Source: Pseudomonadota bacterium (GTDB lineage: Bacteria; Pseudomonadota; Alphaproteobacteria; Rhizobiales; Xanthobacteraceae). Taken from it: DNA of 64,000 nucleotides. Below the pieces are notes generated by a model. That model did no database searches and was not told where the DNA came from. It worked only from the letters and a program-made list of their open reading frames with translations. Numbering within the stretch: position 1 is the first letter of the stretch; each line of letters begins with the position of its first letter. A program made the position numbers and the translations under genes. This document shows positions 1-8,994 of the stretch, in pieces. The DNA is taken from NCBI GenBank assembly GCA_040386115.1, contig JAZKGC010000086.1, positions 5,034-69,033 of the forward strand, written 5' to 3'.

Positions 1-1
1 C

Positions 2-2002
2 TCGGTCGGTCTCGGCGTCGCGCAGACGCTGTTCTCGTCGCTGGTGCAGGATTATGTGAAGGCGCACGGCTGGATGAAGGACCGGCCGGAAGGCCGCATG
101 ATCGCGCTGGTCGGCGATGCCGAGCTGGATGAAGGCAATGTCTATGAGGCGCTGCTGGAAGGCTGGAAGCAGGGTCTTCGCAACACGTGGTGGGTGATCG
201 ACTACAACCGCCAGAGCCTCGACGCCGTGATCCGCGAAGGGTTGTGGGAGAAGCTAGAGACCATGTTCCGCAATTTCGGCTGGGACGTGGTGATCGTGAA
301 ATACGGCAAGCTGATGCAGGCGGCGTTCGCGGAGGCTGGCGGCGAAGCGCTCAAGCGCTGGATCGATACTTGTCCCAATCAGATGTACGCAGCACTTTGC
401 TTTCAGGGCGGGGCTGCGTTCCGCAAACATCTGCTCGACGATATCGGCGATCAGGGCGCTGTCACGCACCTGATCGAAAAGCGCAGCGACGACGAGTTGC
501 TGGCGTTGATGTCGAATCTCGGCGGCCACGACATTGCGAGCATGCTGGAGGCTTTCGAGGCGATCAATCACGATCACCCGGTGTGCTTCATCGCCTATAC
601 CATCAAGGGTGTCGGCCTGCCGTTCCAGGGCCACAAGGATAATCACGCCGGCCTGATGACAGTGGCGCAGATGGAAACCTTTCGCGCGGCGCAGAACATC
701 CGTCCGGGTCACGAATGGGACCGGCTCGAGGGACTGCCGCTGGAGCCCGCGCGGATCGAATCTTTCCTGAAGGATGTCGCGTTCGCGCGCGATGGCGCAC
801 GGCGTCTTGAAGCTCCGACGATCGACGTTCCCGCAAAACTCGGCGTGACGCTGACGCCGCGCATGGCGACTCAACAGGGCTTCGGCCTGATCCTGAATGA
901 ACTGGCGCGCAGCGACACCAAACTCGCCGAGCGCATCGTCACCACGTCGCCTGACGTCACGGTCTCGACCAACCTTGGCGCGTGGGTCAACCGCCGTGGA
1001 TTGTTCGCGCTGGCGGAGAAAGCCGATCTGTTTCGCAAGGAAAAAATCCCATCGACGTTCAACTGGGACTATTCGGCGAAGGGCCAGCACATCGAACTCG
1101 GCATCGCGGAGATGAATCTGTTCATCGTACTATCCGCGCTCGGCCTGTCGCACTCGATTAATGGCGAGCGTCTTCTGCCGGTGGGCACGCTGTACGATCC
1201 CTTTATCCAGCGCGGTCTCGATGCGCTGAATTACGCCTGCTATCAGGATGCACGCTTCATGGTGGCGGCGACGCCGTCGGGAATCACACTGGCCCCGGAA
1301 GGCGGCGCGCATCAGTCGATTGCCACGCCGCTGATCGGCATAGCGCAGGACGGTCTGGCCTCGTTCGAGCCGGCGTTTGTCGATGAACTTGCTGTCATCA
1401 TGCGTTGGGGATTCGAGCACATGCAGCGCGACGAGGGTGAGGGCGGCTCGGTCTATCTGCGGCTCTCGACACGGACACTGGACCAGCCGCAGCGCGCCAT
1501 GACGCCTGAACTGGAAAGCGACATTGCCGCCGGCGCTTACTGGCTGCGCAAGCCGGGACCGAATTGTGAACTTGTGGTGGCCTATACCGGGGCGGTTGCG
1601 CCGGAAGCCATCGAGGCCACCGGATTGCTCGGCGAGTCGCGCCGCGACATCGGGCTTCTCGCGATCACGTCTGCGGACCGGTTGCACGCGGGCTGGACTG
1701 CGTCGCGCAAGCTTCGCCGAAACGGCGGGCCGCGCGAGTTGAGCCACGTCGAACAAATGCTGGCACCGCTGCCGCGCGATTGCGGGATTATCACCGTGAT
1801 CGACGGTCATCCGGCAACACTGGCGTGGCTCGGCAGCGTGCAGGGCCATCGCGTCGAGGCTTTGGGTGTGGAGAAATTCGGGCAGACCGGCACCATTGGC
1901 GATCTCTATGGGCACTACGGCCTCGACACCAACAGCATCATCGACGCGGCGGCCAGCCTGACGTTCGGATCGCCGATCCGGCATCGCAAGATGGCGGTGT
2001 AG
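2..2002 (+). CDS. aceE: Single-chain pyruvate dehydrogenase E1 / transketolase-like TPP enzyme (5' truncated)
   Basis: Frame is open from the window start (SVGLGVAQTLFSSLVQDYV...). TPP-binding motif GDAELDEG...N, ELGIAEMN and LAPEGGAHQS motifs, C-terminal LGVEKFGQTG. Confidence 0.8.
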   Translation, partial: SVGLGVAQTLFSSLVQDYVKAHGWMKDRPEGRMIALVGDAELDEGNVYEALLEGWKQGLRNTWWVIDYNRQSLDAVIREGLWEKLETMFRNFGWDVVIVKYGKLMQAAFAEAGGEALKRWIDTCPNQMYAALCFQGGAAFRKHLLDDIGDQGAVTHLIEKRSDDELLALMSNLGGHDIASMLEAFEAINHDHPVCFIAYTIKGVGLPFQGHKDNHAGLMTVAQMETFRAAQNIRPGHEWDRLEGLPLEPARIESFLKDVAFARDGARRLEAPTIDVPAKLGVTLTPRMATQQGFGLILNELARSDTKLAERIVTTSPDVTVSTNLGAWVNRRGLFALAEKADLFRKEKIPSTFNWDYSAKGQHIELGIAEMNLFIVLSALGLSHSINGERLLPVGTLYDPFIQRGLDALNYACYQDARFMVAATPSGITLAPEGGAHQSIATPLIGIAQDGLASFEPAFVDELAVIMRWGFEHMQRDEGEGGSVYLRLSTRTLDQPQRAMTPELESDIAAGAYWLRKPGPNCELVVAYTGAVAPEAIEATGLLGESRRDIGLLAITSADRLHAGWTASRKLRRNGGPRELSHVEQMLAPLPRDCGIITVIDGHPATLAWLGSVQGHRVEALGVEKFGQTGTIGDLYGHYGLDTNSIIDAAASLTFGSPIRHRKMAV

Positions 2003-2123
2003 CGAACGGCGCTGTGGGGCGGATTTAACCACGCGCGGCGGTCATCGCGGACCTGTTTGAATGTTAAGTTGACCCGGCATCGGAACATCATCACCATCGG
2101 TCCTGAATTTAACCGGGTGCTGA

Positions 2124-2912
2124 ATGACCGAGTTGTCCAATCGCCAGTCCGACATCCTGAACATCGCGCGCGCGTCGGGGCGCGTGACGGTGGAGGATCT
2201 GGCGCGGCGGTTTGAAGTTTCCGCGCAGACCATTCGCAAGGATCTGAACGACCTGTGCGACCGCCGCTCCCTGACGCGGGTTCACGGCGGGGCCATCATC
2301 GCGTCCGGCGTCGAGAATCTCGCCTATGAAGCGCGGCGCTTCGTGGCGGCTGAGGAGAAAAAAGCCATCGGTGCTGCGGCGGCGGCGCAGATTCCCAACG
2401 GCTGCTCGCTCTTCATCAACATCGGCACCACGACCGAGGAAGTCGCGAGCGCGCTGTCGGCGCATGAGGATCTGCTGGTCATCACCAACAACCTCAACGT
2501 CGCGATGATGCTGTATCGTCATCCGCGCATCGAGGTCATCGTGGCCGGCGGCACCGTGCGCCGTTCCGACGGCGCGGTGATCGGATCGACCGCGAACAAT
2601 CTCATCACGCAGTTCAAGGTGGACTACGCCATCATCGGCGCATCGGCGATCGACGAGGAGGGCGCGCTGCTCGACTTCGACTACCGCGAGGTGCAGGCGG
2701 CGCAGGCGATCATCGCCAATGCGCGCAGCGTGATGCTGGTTGCCGACAGCACCAAGTTGAGACGCAGCGCCCCGGTTCGCATCGCGCATCTCAGCCAGAT
2801 CCAGACCTTCGTTACCGACGTGGCATTGCCCGCGGGGCTTCAGACGATCTGCGCCAATCGCGGCATCGAGGTGATCGAGGCGATGCCCGACAAGCCCGCC
2901 GACGTGGCCTGA
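2124..2912 (+). CDS. glpR: DeoR/GlpR family repressor of the glycerol regulon
   Basis: DeoR HTH (VSAQTIRKDL..RVHGGA), sensor domain (INIGTTT, ITNNL); adjacent to glpD. Confidence 0.92.
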   Translation: MTELSNRQSDILNIARASGRVTVEDLARRFEVSAQTIRKDLNDLCDRRSLTRVHGGAIIASGVENLAYEARRFVAAEEKKAIGAAAAAQIPNGCSLFINIGTTTEEVASALSAHEDLLVITNNLNVAMMLYRHPRIEVIVAGGTVRRSDGAVIGSTANNLITQFKVDYAIIGASAIDEEGALLDFDYREVQAAQAIIANARSVMLVADSTKLRRSAPVRIAHLSQIQTFVTDVALPAGLQTICANRGIEVIEAMPDKPADVA

Positions 2913-3027
2913 CGGCCGCGGCATAGCGGCATTTTTCCTGACGAGACGGCTGTTTTTCACTGCCGCAATTTCGCCCTTTGCAGCGCAGTTCGTCGCCATG
3001 CCGTCCTTTTTCTGCCTCTTCGCTTGC

Positions 3028-3068
3028 TTTCGCTTTAAGTTGTGATTTACTCACATTCGAAAGCGAAA
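3028..3068. promoter_or_regulatory. Nested palindrome upstream of glpD, probable GlpR operator
   Basis: TTTCGCTTT(3028-36)...AAAGCGAAA(3060-68) and the inner TGTGA-tttac-TCACA share one centre at 3048. A second IR, TCGCTA..TAGCGA, lies at 3069-3090. Confidence 0.6.
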
Positions 3069-3106
3069 TCGCTACTATTGAAAATAGCGAGCGCTGGGGA
3101 GACGTG

Positions 3107-4651
3107 GTGGGACAGGTTTTCGACCTCGCAATCATCGGCGGAGGGATCAACGGCTGCGGCATCGCCCGCGACGCCGCTGGCCGTGGGAATTCTGTTTTTC
3201 TCTGTGAAATGAATGACTTGGCCAGTGGCACGTCGTCATGGTCGAGCAAGCTGATCCACGGTGGCCTGCGCTATCTGGAGTATTATGAGTTTCGCCTGGT
3301 TCGTGAGGCCCTGCTGGAGCGGGAAGTGTTGTGGCAGATCGCGCCGCACATCATCAGGCCTCTGCGATTCGTGCTTCCCCATCACTCCGGTCTGCGTCCG
3401 GCCTGGCTGCTGAGGCTCGGCCTTTTCATTTACGATCATCTCGGCGGCCGGCATCTGTTGCCCGCCGCGCGCACGCTGGATCTGAGGCGCGATGCGGTGG
3501 GCCAGCCTCTGGTGCCAGGCCGGTTCACCAAAGGGTTCGAATACTCGGACTGCTTCGTCGATGACGCTCGCCTTGTCGTGCTCAATGCGCGCGACGCAGC
3601 GGATCGTGGCGCTGTCATTCGCACGCGGACCCGCGCCATTGAAGCGAAGCCGCAGGACGATTGCTGGCTAGTCACGCTGGAAGACGCCGACACCGGCGCG
3701 CGCAGCAGCATCAAGGCGCGCGCTTTGGTGAATGCGGGCGGTCCGTGGGTCGAGGATGTCTTGAGCCGCCGGGCCGGGATCAACGCCAAAGCCAAGGTGC
3801 GTCTGGTGCAGGGATCGCACATCGTCGTGCCGCGTCTCTACCAGCATGATCGTGCCTACACATTCCAGAACGGCGACGGCCGCGTGGTTTTCGTCATTCC
3901 CTTCCAGAACGATTTCACGCTGATCGGCACCACCGATCGCGATTACGACGGCGATCCGGCCAAGGTCAAAGCCTCACCTGAGGAAATCGCTTACCTGTGC
4001 CAGTCGGTGAATGACTATCTTGCGAAGCAGGTCAAACCGGACGATGTCGTGTGGGCCTATGCCGGCGTTCGTCCGCTCTATGACGACGGTGCCAGCGAAG
4101 CGAAGGCTGCAACGCGGGATTATGTCTTCGAGTTCGACACGCCGGGCGGGCTGCCCTTGCTGTCGATTTTCGGCGGCAAGATCACAACCTATCGCCGGCT
4201 CGCCGAAGAAGCGCTTGAGCGGTTGTCGCCCTATCTGCACGCGACGAAGAAGCCGGCTGGATGGACAGCGACGGCACCATTGCCCGGCGGCGATCTCGAC
4301 GTCTCCGCCGTTCCGGCACTGGCCGAGGAACTGCGCCGCAACAATTCGTTTCTGTCGCAGTCCCTCGCGCTTCGCATGGCTCACGCCTATGGTACCCGCG
4401 CTAGTACGGTTCTCGGCGATGCATCCTCAGCTGCGGATCTCGGACAATTGTTCGGCGATACGCTGACAGAGCGTGAAGTCCGGTATCTTGTTTCACACGA
4501 GTTTGCGCGCACGGCCGAGGATATCGTCTGGCGGCGGTCCAAGTTGGGCCTGCGTCTTTCAGCCGACGAGGTGAAGGCGCTCGACGACTGGATCCTCGCG
4601 CATCGCGGCGGGCTGGATAAGCCTCTGATGGAAGCGGGAGGCCGTGCATGA
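3107..4651 (+). CDS. glpD: FAD-dependent glycerol-3-phosphate dehydrogenase
   Basis: IIGGGINGCG FAD motif, SGTSSWSSKLIHGGLRYLE, GGKITTYR. GTG start (3104 or 3107) after a GGGGAG RBS; the ORF-track start at 2978 runs into the promoter. Confidence 0.93.
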   Translation: MGQVFDLAIIGGGINGCGIARDAAGRGNSVFLCEMNDLASGTSSWSSKLIHGGLRYLEYYEFRLVREALLEREVLWQIAPHIIRPLRFVLPHHSGLRPAWLLRLGLFIYDHLGGRHLLPAARTLDLRRDAVGQPLVPGRFTKGFEYSDCFVDDARLVVLNARDAADRGAVIRTRTRAIEAKPQDDCWLVTLEDADTGARSSIKARALVNAGGPWVEDVLSRRAGINAKAKVRLVQGSHIVVPRLYQHDRAYTFQNGDGRVVFVIPFQNDFTLIGTTDRDYDGDPAKVKASPEEIAYLCQSVNDYLAKQVKPDDVVWAYAGVRPLYDDGASEAKAATRDYVFEFDTPGGLPLLSIFGGKITTYRRLAEEALERLSPYLHATKKPAGWTATAPLPGGDLDVSAVPALAEELRRNNSFLSQSLALRMAHAYGTRASTVLGDASSAADLGQLFGDTLTEREVRYLVSHEFARTAEDIVWRRSKLGLRLSADEVKALDDWILAHRGGLDKPLMEAGGRA

Positions 4652-5727
4652 GCGTGACCCTCGATAACGTCTCGCGTGAGGTCAACGGCGTTTCCTGGAT
4701 TCGCGATATTTCGCTGACGCTCGAGCGCGGCACATTGAGCGTGCTGCTCGGTCCCACGCTGTCGGGCAAGACCTCGATTATGCGGCTGCTGGCTGGTTTA
4801 GACAAACCGAGTTCGGGACGCGTGCTCGTCGATGGCAAGGACGTCACCGGCTTCGACGTGCGCAAGCGCTCGGTCGCCATGGTCTATCAGCAGTTCATCA
4901 ATTATCCGACGCTGACGGTGTTCGAGAACATCGCGTCGCCGCTGCGCGTGCAGCGCAGGCCGCGGGCCGAGATCGAGGCGCGGGTCAACGACGCCGCGAA
5001 GTTGCTCAAGCTCGAACCCTATCTCAACCGCACGCCCTTGCAATTATCGGGAGGCCAGCAGCAGCGCACAGCGATTGCGCGGGCGCTGGTCAAGGGCGCG
5101 GATCTGGTACTGCTCGACGAGCCGCTCGCCAATCTCGATTACAAGCTGCGCGAGGAATTGCGCACCGAACTGCCGCGCATCTTCGAGGAGTCCGGTGCGA
5201 TTTTTGTGTATGCCACGACCGAGCCGTCCGAGGCGCTGCTGCTCGGTGGCCGCACTATATGCATGTGGGAAGGACAGGCGCTCCAGGTTGGGCCGACGCC
5301 GGATGTCTATCGCCGTCCCGATACCGTGCAGGTCGCGGCGGTGTTTTCCGATCCGCCGCTCAACACGGTCGCGATCGAAAAGAAGAATGGCTCGGTCTTC
5401 TACGCAGGCGGCGAGCGAGCGTCGGTCTCTGGCCTCTACACGAAGCTGGCCGACGGACAATACAGCGTTGGATTTCGCGCGCACCAGCTTGAAGTCGCTA
5501 GCGGCTCACCGGGCCGGCATGCGTTCTCCACCACCGTGACCGTGACGGAGATCACGGGTTCCGAAAGTTTCGTGCATCTGAAGCGCGACGGGTACAACTG
5601 GGTTGCGGTGTTGTCCGGCATTCACGAATTTCTTCCGGGGCAGGAGCTCGACGCGGCGCTCGACCCCAACGATCTCTTTATCTTCGATCAGTCTGGCCGG
5701 CTCGTTGCCGCGCCGCCGTCGATGTGA
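4648..5727 (+). CDS. glpS: Glycerol ABC transporter ATP-binding subunit
   Basis: GPTLSGKT Walker A, LSGGQQQR signature, LLDEP Walker B; ATGA overlap with glpD. Confidence 0.85.
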   Translation: MSVTLDNVSREVNGVSWIRDISLTLERGTLSVLLGPTLSGKTSIMRLLAGLDKPSSGRVLVDGKDVTGFDVRKRSVAMVYQQFINYPTLTVFENIASPLRVQRRPRAEIEARVNDAAKLLKLEPYLNRTPLQLSGGQQQRTAIARALVKGADLVLLDEPLANLDYKLREELRTELPRIFEESGAIFVYATTEPSEALLLGGRTICMWEGQALQVGPTPDVYRRPDTVQVAAVFSDPPLNTVAIEKKNGSVFYAGGERASVSGLYTKLADGQYSVGFRAHQLEVASGSPGRHAFSTTVTVTEITGSESFVHLKRDGYNWVAVLSGIHEFLPGQELDAALDPNDLFIFDQSGRLVAAPPSM

Positions 5728-5739
5728 GGGCGCAGCGAC

Positions 5740-6825
5740 ATGGCCCGCATTGACCTCGTCGATCTCGCGCATTCCTACGGTGGCAAAGCCGCCGCACCGG
5801 AATCGTTTGCGCTCAAGCCGATGACAATGACATGGCGGCAAGGCGGTGCTTATGCGCTGCTGGGGCCATCCGGTTGCGGCAAGACCACGCTGTTGAATAT
5901 CATTTCCGGCATTGTCATGCCGTCGCACGGCAAGGTGCTGTTCGACGGCGCGGACATCACGCAGCTCTCCACGCGCGAGCGCAACATCGCACAGGTATTC
6001 CAGTTCCCGGTGATCTACGACACCATGACGGTCGGCCAGAATCTGGCATTCCCGCTGAAGAATCGCGGCCTGCCGCGGGGCGAGATTGAAGCGCGGGTGG
6101 CTGAGATCGCCAAGCTGCTTGATCTTACGCCTTTCGTCGATCGCAAGGCGGTGCGTCTGAGCGCGGACGCCAAGCAGAAAATCTCGCTTGGCCGCGGTCT
6201 CGTGCGCTCCGATGTGGCGGCCGTACTGTTTGACGAGCCGCTGACGGTGATCGACCCGCATTTGAAGTGGGAGTTACGCTCGAAGCTGAAGGCGCTGCAT
6301 CAGGCGCTCGATATCACGATGATCTACGTTACGCACGACCAGACCGAGGCGCTGACCTTCGCCGATACGGTGGTGGTGATGCATGACGGGTGCGTCGTGC
6401 AGAGCGGCACGCCGGAGGAGTTATTCGCGAAGCCCGCGCATACGTTTGTCGGATATTTTATCGGCTCCCCCGGTATGAACATCGTTCCGGCGGAAGTGAA
6501 AGGCCGTGAAGCAATCATCAGCGGACATATCCTCGCACTCAATCGGACTTACGACAGCCTGCCGCTTGGCGCGAAAATAGAGATCGGCGTGCGGCCCGAA
6601 TTCGTTCATGTCGCGCCGCCGGCGCAGGGGTTGCTCTCGGCACAGATCGAGCGGATCGACGATCTCGGGCGTGTGCGGTTCGCGCGGGTACGGATCGGCG
6701 ATGCGAAGTTTGCCGCGCGCGTGCCTGCGGGATTTTCCATTCCAGACAACGAGGCTGGCCTCGTGTTCGATCCCGCCCATATCCACGTTTATGCCGACAG
6801 TCTTCTGGTCGAGGGGCGAGGCTGA
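5740..6825 (+). CDS. glpT: Glycerol ABC transporter second ATP-binding subunit
   Basis: GPSGCGKT, FDEP, YVTHDQ, FIGSPGMN; CUT1-type ATPase in glp operon order (Rhizobium glpSTPQUV nomenclature). Confidence 0.85.
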   Translation: MARIDLVDLAHSYGGKAAAPESFALKPMTMTWRQGGAYALLGPSGCGKTTLLNIISGIVMPSHGKVLFDGADITQLSTRERNIAQVFQFPVIYDTMTVGQNLAFPLKNRGLPRGEIEARVAEIAKLLDLTPFVDRKAVRLSADAKQKISLGRGLVRSDVAAVLFDEPLTVIDPHLKWELRSKLKALHQALDITMIYVTHDQTEALTFADTVVVMHDGCVVQSGTPEELFAKPAHTFVGYFIGSPGMNIVPAEVKGREAIISGHILALNRTYDSLPLGAKIEIGVRPEFVHVAPPAQGLLSAQIERIDDLGRVRFARVRIGDAKFAARVPAGFSIPDNEAGLVFDPAHIHVYADSLLVEGRG

Positions 6826-7727
6826 TGGACAAGACGATCAACAACAAGGCGTGGCTCCTGGTACTTCCGGTGTTCCTGATCGTGGCGTTCTCCGCGATTC
6901 TGCCGCTGATGACGGTCGTTAATTATTCCTTGCAGGACACGTTCGGCAACAATCAGTTCTTCTGGAACGGGGTTGGCTGGTTCAAGGAATTGCTCGATCC
7001 ATCGACGGATCTTGGCGACCGCTTTCTCGCGTCGCTCGGGCGCAATCTCCTGTTCTCCGCAATTATTCTCGCCATCGAAGTGCCGCTGGGCATTCTGGTG
7101 GCGCTGTCGATGCCGCGCGAAGGCTGGCGGGTCGCGGCCTGCCTCGTAATCCTCGCGCTTCCTCTTTTGATTCCATGGAACGTGGTCGGGACAATCTGGC
7201 AAATCTTCGGGCGACCCGATATCGGTCTGTTGGGCTACACGCTGAACAAGATGGGTCTGGACTATAATTATGTGTCCAACAGCTTCGATGCGTGGGCGAC
7301 AATCATTGTCATGGACGTCTGGCACTGGACCAGTCTTGTCGCGCTGCTGTGTTATGCGGGCTTGAAGTCGATTCCCGACGCTTATTATCAGGCAGCCCAG
7401 ATCGACGGCGCATCGCGCTGGGCGGTGTTCTCCGCGATCCAGTTGCCGAAGATGAAGCGCGTGCTGCTGATCGCGGTTTTGCTGCGGTTCATGGACAGTT
7501 TCATGATCTATACGGAGCCCTTCGTCGTCACCGGCGGCGGGCCCGGCAACTCGACCACATTCGTGTCGATCGAACTCGTCAAGATTGCGCTCGGACAGTT
7601 CGACCTCGGCAAGGCTGCCGCGCTGTCCATCGTCTATAACCTCATCATCCTGATCGTGTGCTGGGTGTTCTACACGGTCATGACCAATTCCGATAACGAA
7701 CGCGCGCCGACAGCGGGAGGTGCGTGA
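6825..7727 (+). CDS. glpP: Glycerol ABC transporter permease
   Basis: Hydrophobic segments, EAA-like loop (YQAAQIDGAS); TGATG overlap. Confidence 0.85.
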   Translation: MDKTINNKAWLLVLPVFLIVAFSAILPLMTVVNYSLQDTFGNNQFFWNGVGWFKELLDPSTDLGDRFLASLGRNLLFSAIILAIEVPLGILVALSMPREGWRVAACLVILALPLLIPWNVVGTIWQIFGRPDIGLLGYTLNKMGLDYNYVSNSFDAWATIIVMDVWHWTSLVALLCYAGLKSIPDAYYQAAQIDGASRWAVFSAIQLPKMKRVLLIAVLLRFMDSFMIYTEPFVVTGGGPGNSTTFVSIELVKIALGQFDLGKAAALSIVYNLIILIVCWVFYTVMTNSDNERAPTAGGA

Positions 7728-8533
7728 TGCATACCATCCCGGGCCACCGCATCATCCTGACGCTGTTCCTGATCTTCTTGCTGTTGCCGATCTATTGGCT
7801 CATCAACATGAGCTTCAAGACCAACACCGAGATCGTGACGACCATGACGTTGTGGCCGAACGAACCGACGCTGATGCACTACAGGCGCATCTTCACGGAT
7901 GCGAGCTGGTATTCAGGTTACATCAACTCGCTGAAATACGTCATCATCAACACTATCATTTCGATCTCGTTCGCGTTGCCGGCGGCTTATGCGTTCTCGC
8001 GCTATCGTTTCCTCGGCGACAAGCATCTATTTTTCTGGCTTCTGTCGAACCGCATGGCGCCGCCTGCAGTGTTCGCGCTGCCGTTCTTCAATCTCTATTC
8101 AGCGATTAACCTGTTCGATACGCCGTGGGCGGTCGCGCTGGCGCATTGTCTGTTCAATGTGCCGCTTGCGGTGTGGATTCTCGAAGGCTTTGTGTCGAGC
8201 GTACCGAAAGAGATCGACGAGACCGCATTCCTCGACGGTTATTCGTTCCCGCACTTCTTCGTCAAGATCCTGATGCCGCTGATCGCAAGCGGCATCGGCG
8301 TCGCAGCGTTCTTCTGCTTTATGTTCTCATGGGTCGAATTGCTACTGGCGCGCACGCTGACGTCGGTGAACGCCAAGCCGATCGCGGCGACCATGACGCG
8401 CACGATATCGGCATCCGGGATGGACTGGGGGCTGCTGGCCGCCGCCGGCGTGCTGACCATTATTCCGGGCGCGCTGGTGATCTGGTTTGTCCGCAACTAC
8501 ATCGCGCGCGGCTTCGCGCTCGGCAGGGTGTAA
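7727..8533 (+). CDS. glpQ: Glycerol ABC transporter permease
   Basis: Hydrophobic segments, EIDETAFLDG loop; TGATG overlap with glpP, GGAGG RBS. Confidence 0.85.
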   Translation: MHTIPGHRIILTLFLIFLLLPIYWLINMSFKTNTEIVTTMTLWPNEPTLMHYRRIFTDASWYSGYINSLKYVIINTIISISFALPAAYAFSRYRFLGDKHLFFWLLSNRMAPPAVFALPFFNLYSAINLFDTPWAVALAHCLFNVPLAVWILEGFVSSVPKEIDETAFLDGYSFPHFFVKILMPLIASGIGVAAFFCFMFSWVELLLARTLTSVNAKPIAATMTRTISASGMDWGLLAAAGVLTIIPGALVIWFVRNYIARGFALGRV

Positions 8534-8582
8534 GCGCATGATCCCGAAAAGTGGAAACCGGTTTTCGGACAAGATCATGCGC
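8534..8582. repeat. Rhizobiales-type palindromic repeat, family A copy 1
   Basis: GCGCATGATCCCGAAAAGTGGAAACCGGTTTTCGGACAAGATCATGCGC with terminal inverted repeats; related copies at 19049 and 32077. Confidence 0.8.
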
Positions 8583-8600
8583 AGGCTTGAGGAATAGGCC

Positions 8601-8927
8601 ATGGAACACATCGCATGGATGGCGTGGACGGGGCCGACGGGAATTTTCTTCGTGCTGCTGGCTGCGACGCTTGCGACCATGACATGGCTTGCGGTGCGCT
8701 ATCCGGAAATGGAACGCGTTGGAATGCTGCGCATTCCGACCACGCGCGGCGACCGGCTGTTCATTTCGCTGATCGCGGCGGCGGTCATTCATCTTTTATG
8801 GATTGCTTTCGCGGGCACGGACACGATTGCAACGCTTCCCGTTGGGGAAGGCGTTGAAGTCTCCAGTCTGTGGCTCGCCAGCGTCATTTCACTCGTCTCG
8901 GCCGTTGTCGTATTTCGCAACGTCTGA
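8601..8927 (+). CDS. glpU: Small membrane protein of the glycerol ABC operon (DUF2160)
   Basis: WMAWT...TTRGDRLFISL motif; position between permease and SBP. Confidence 0.8.
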   Translation: MEHIAWMAWTGPTGIFFVLLAATLATMTWLAVRYPEMERVGMLRIPTTRGDRLFISLIAAAVIHLLWIAFAGTDTIATLPVGEGVEVSSLWLASVISLVSAVVVFRNV

Positions 8928-8994
8928 CCGGGCGAAAAGAGGCAGATCCGGGATCAACCCGGGCCTGAAGTGATTTGTTTCAACGGAGGAAGCT

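Noticed and set aside
3041-3055. CRP site
   Set aside because: The spacer is 5 nt rather than 6; it is better explained as part of the larger dyad.
4648-6825. Deviant ABC motifs (GPTLSGKT; LSADAKQK signature) as signs of pseudogenisation
   Set aside because: Both ORFs are full length and in operon order; asymmetric ATPase pairs of this kind fit the GlpS/GlpT family.
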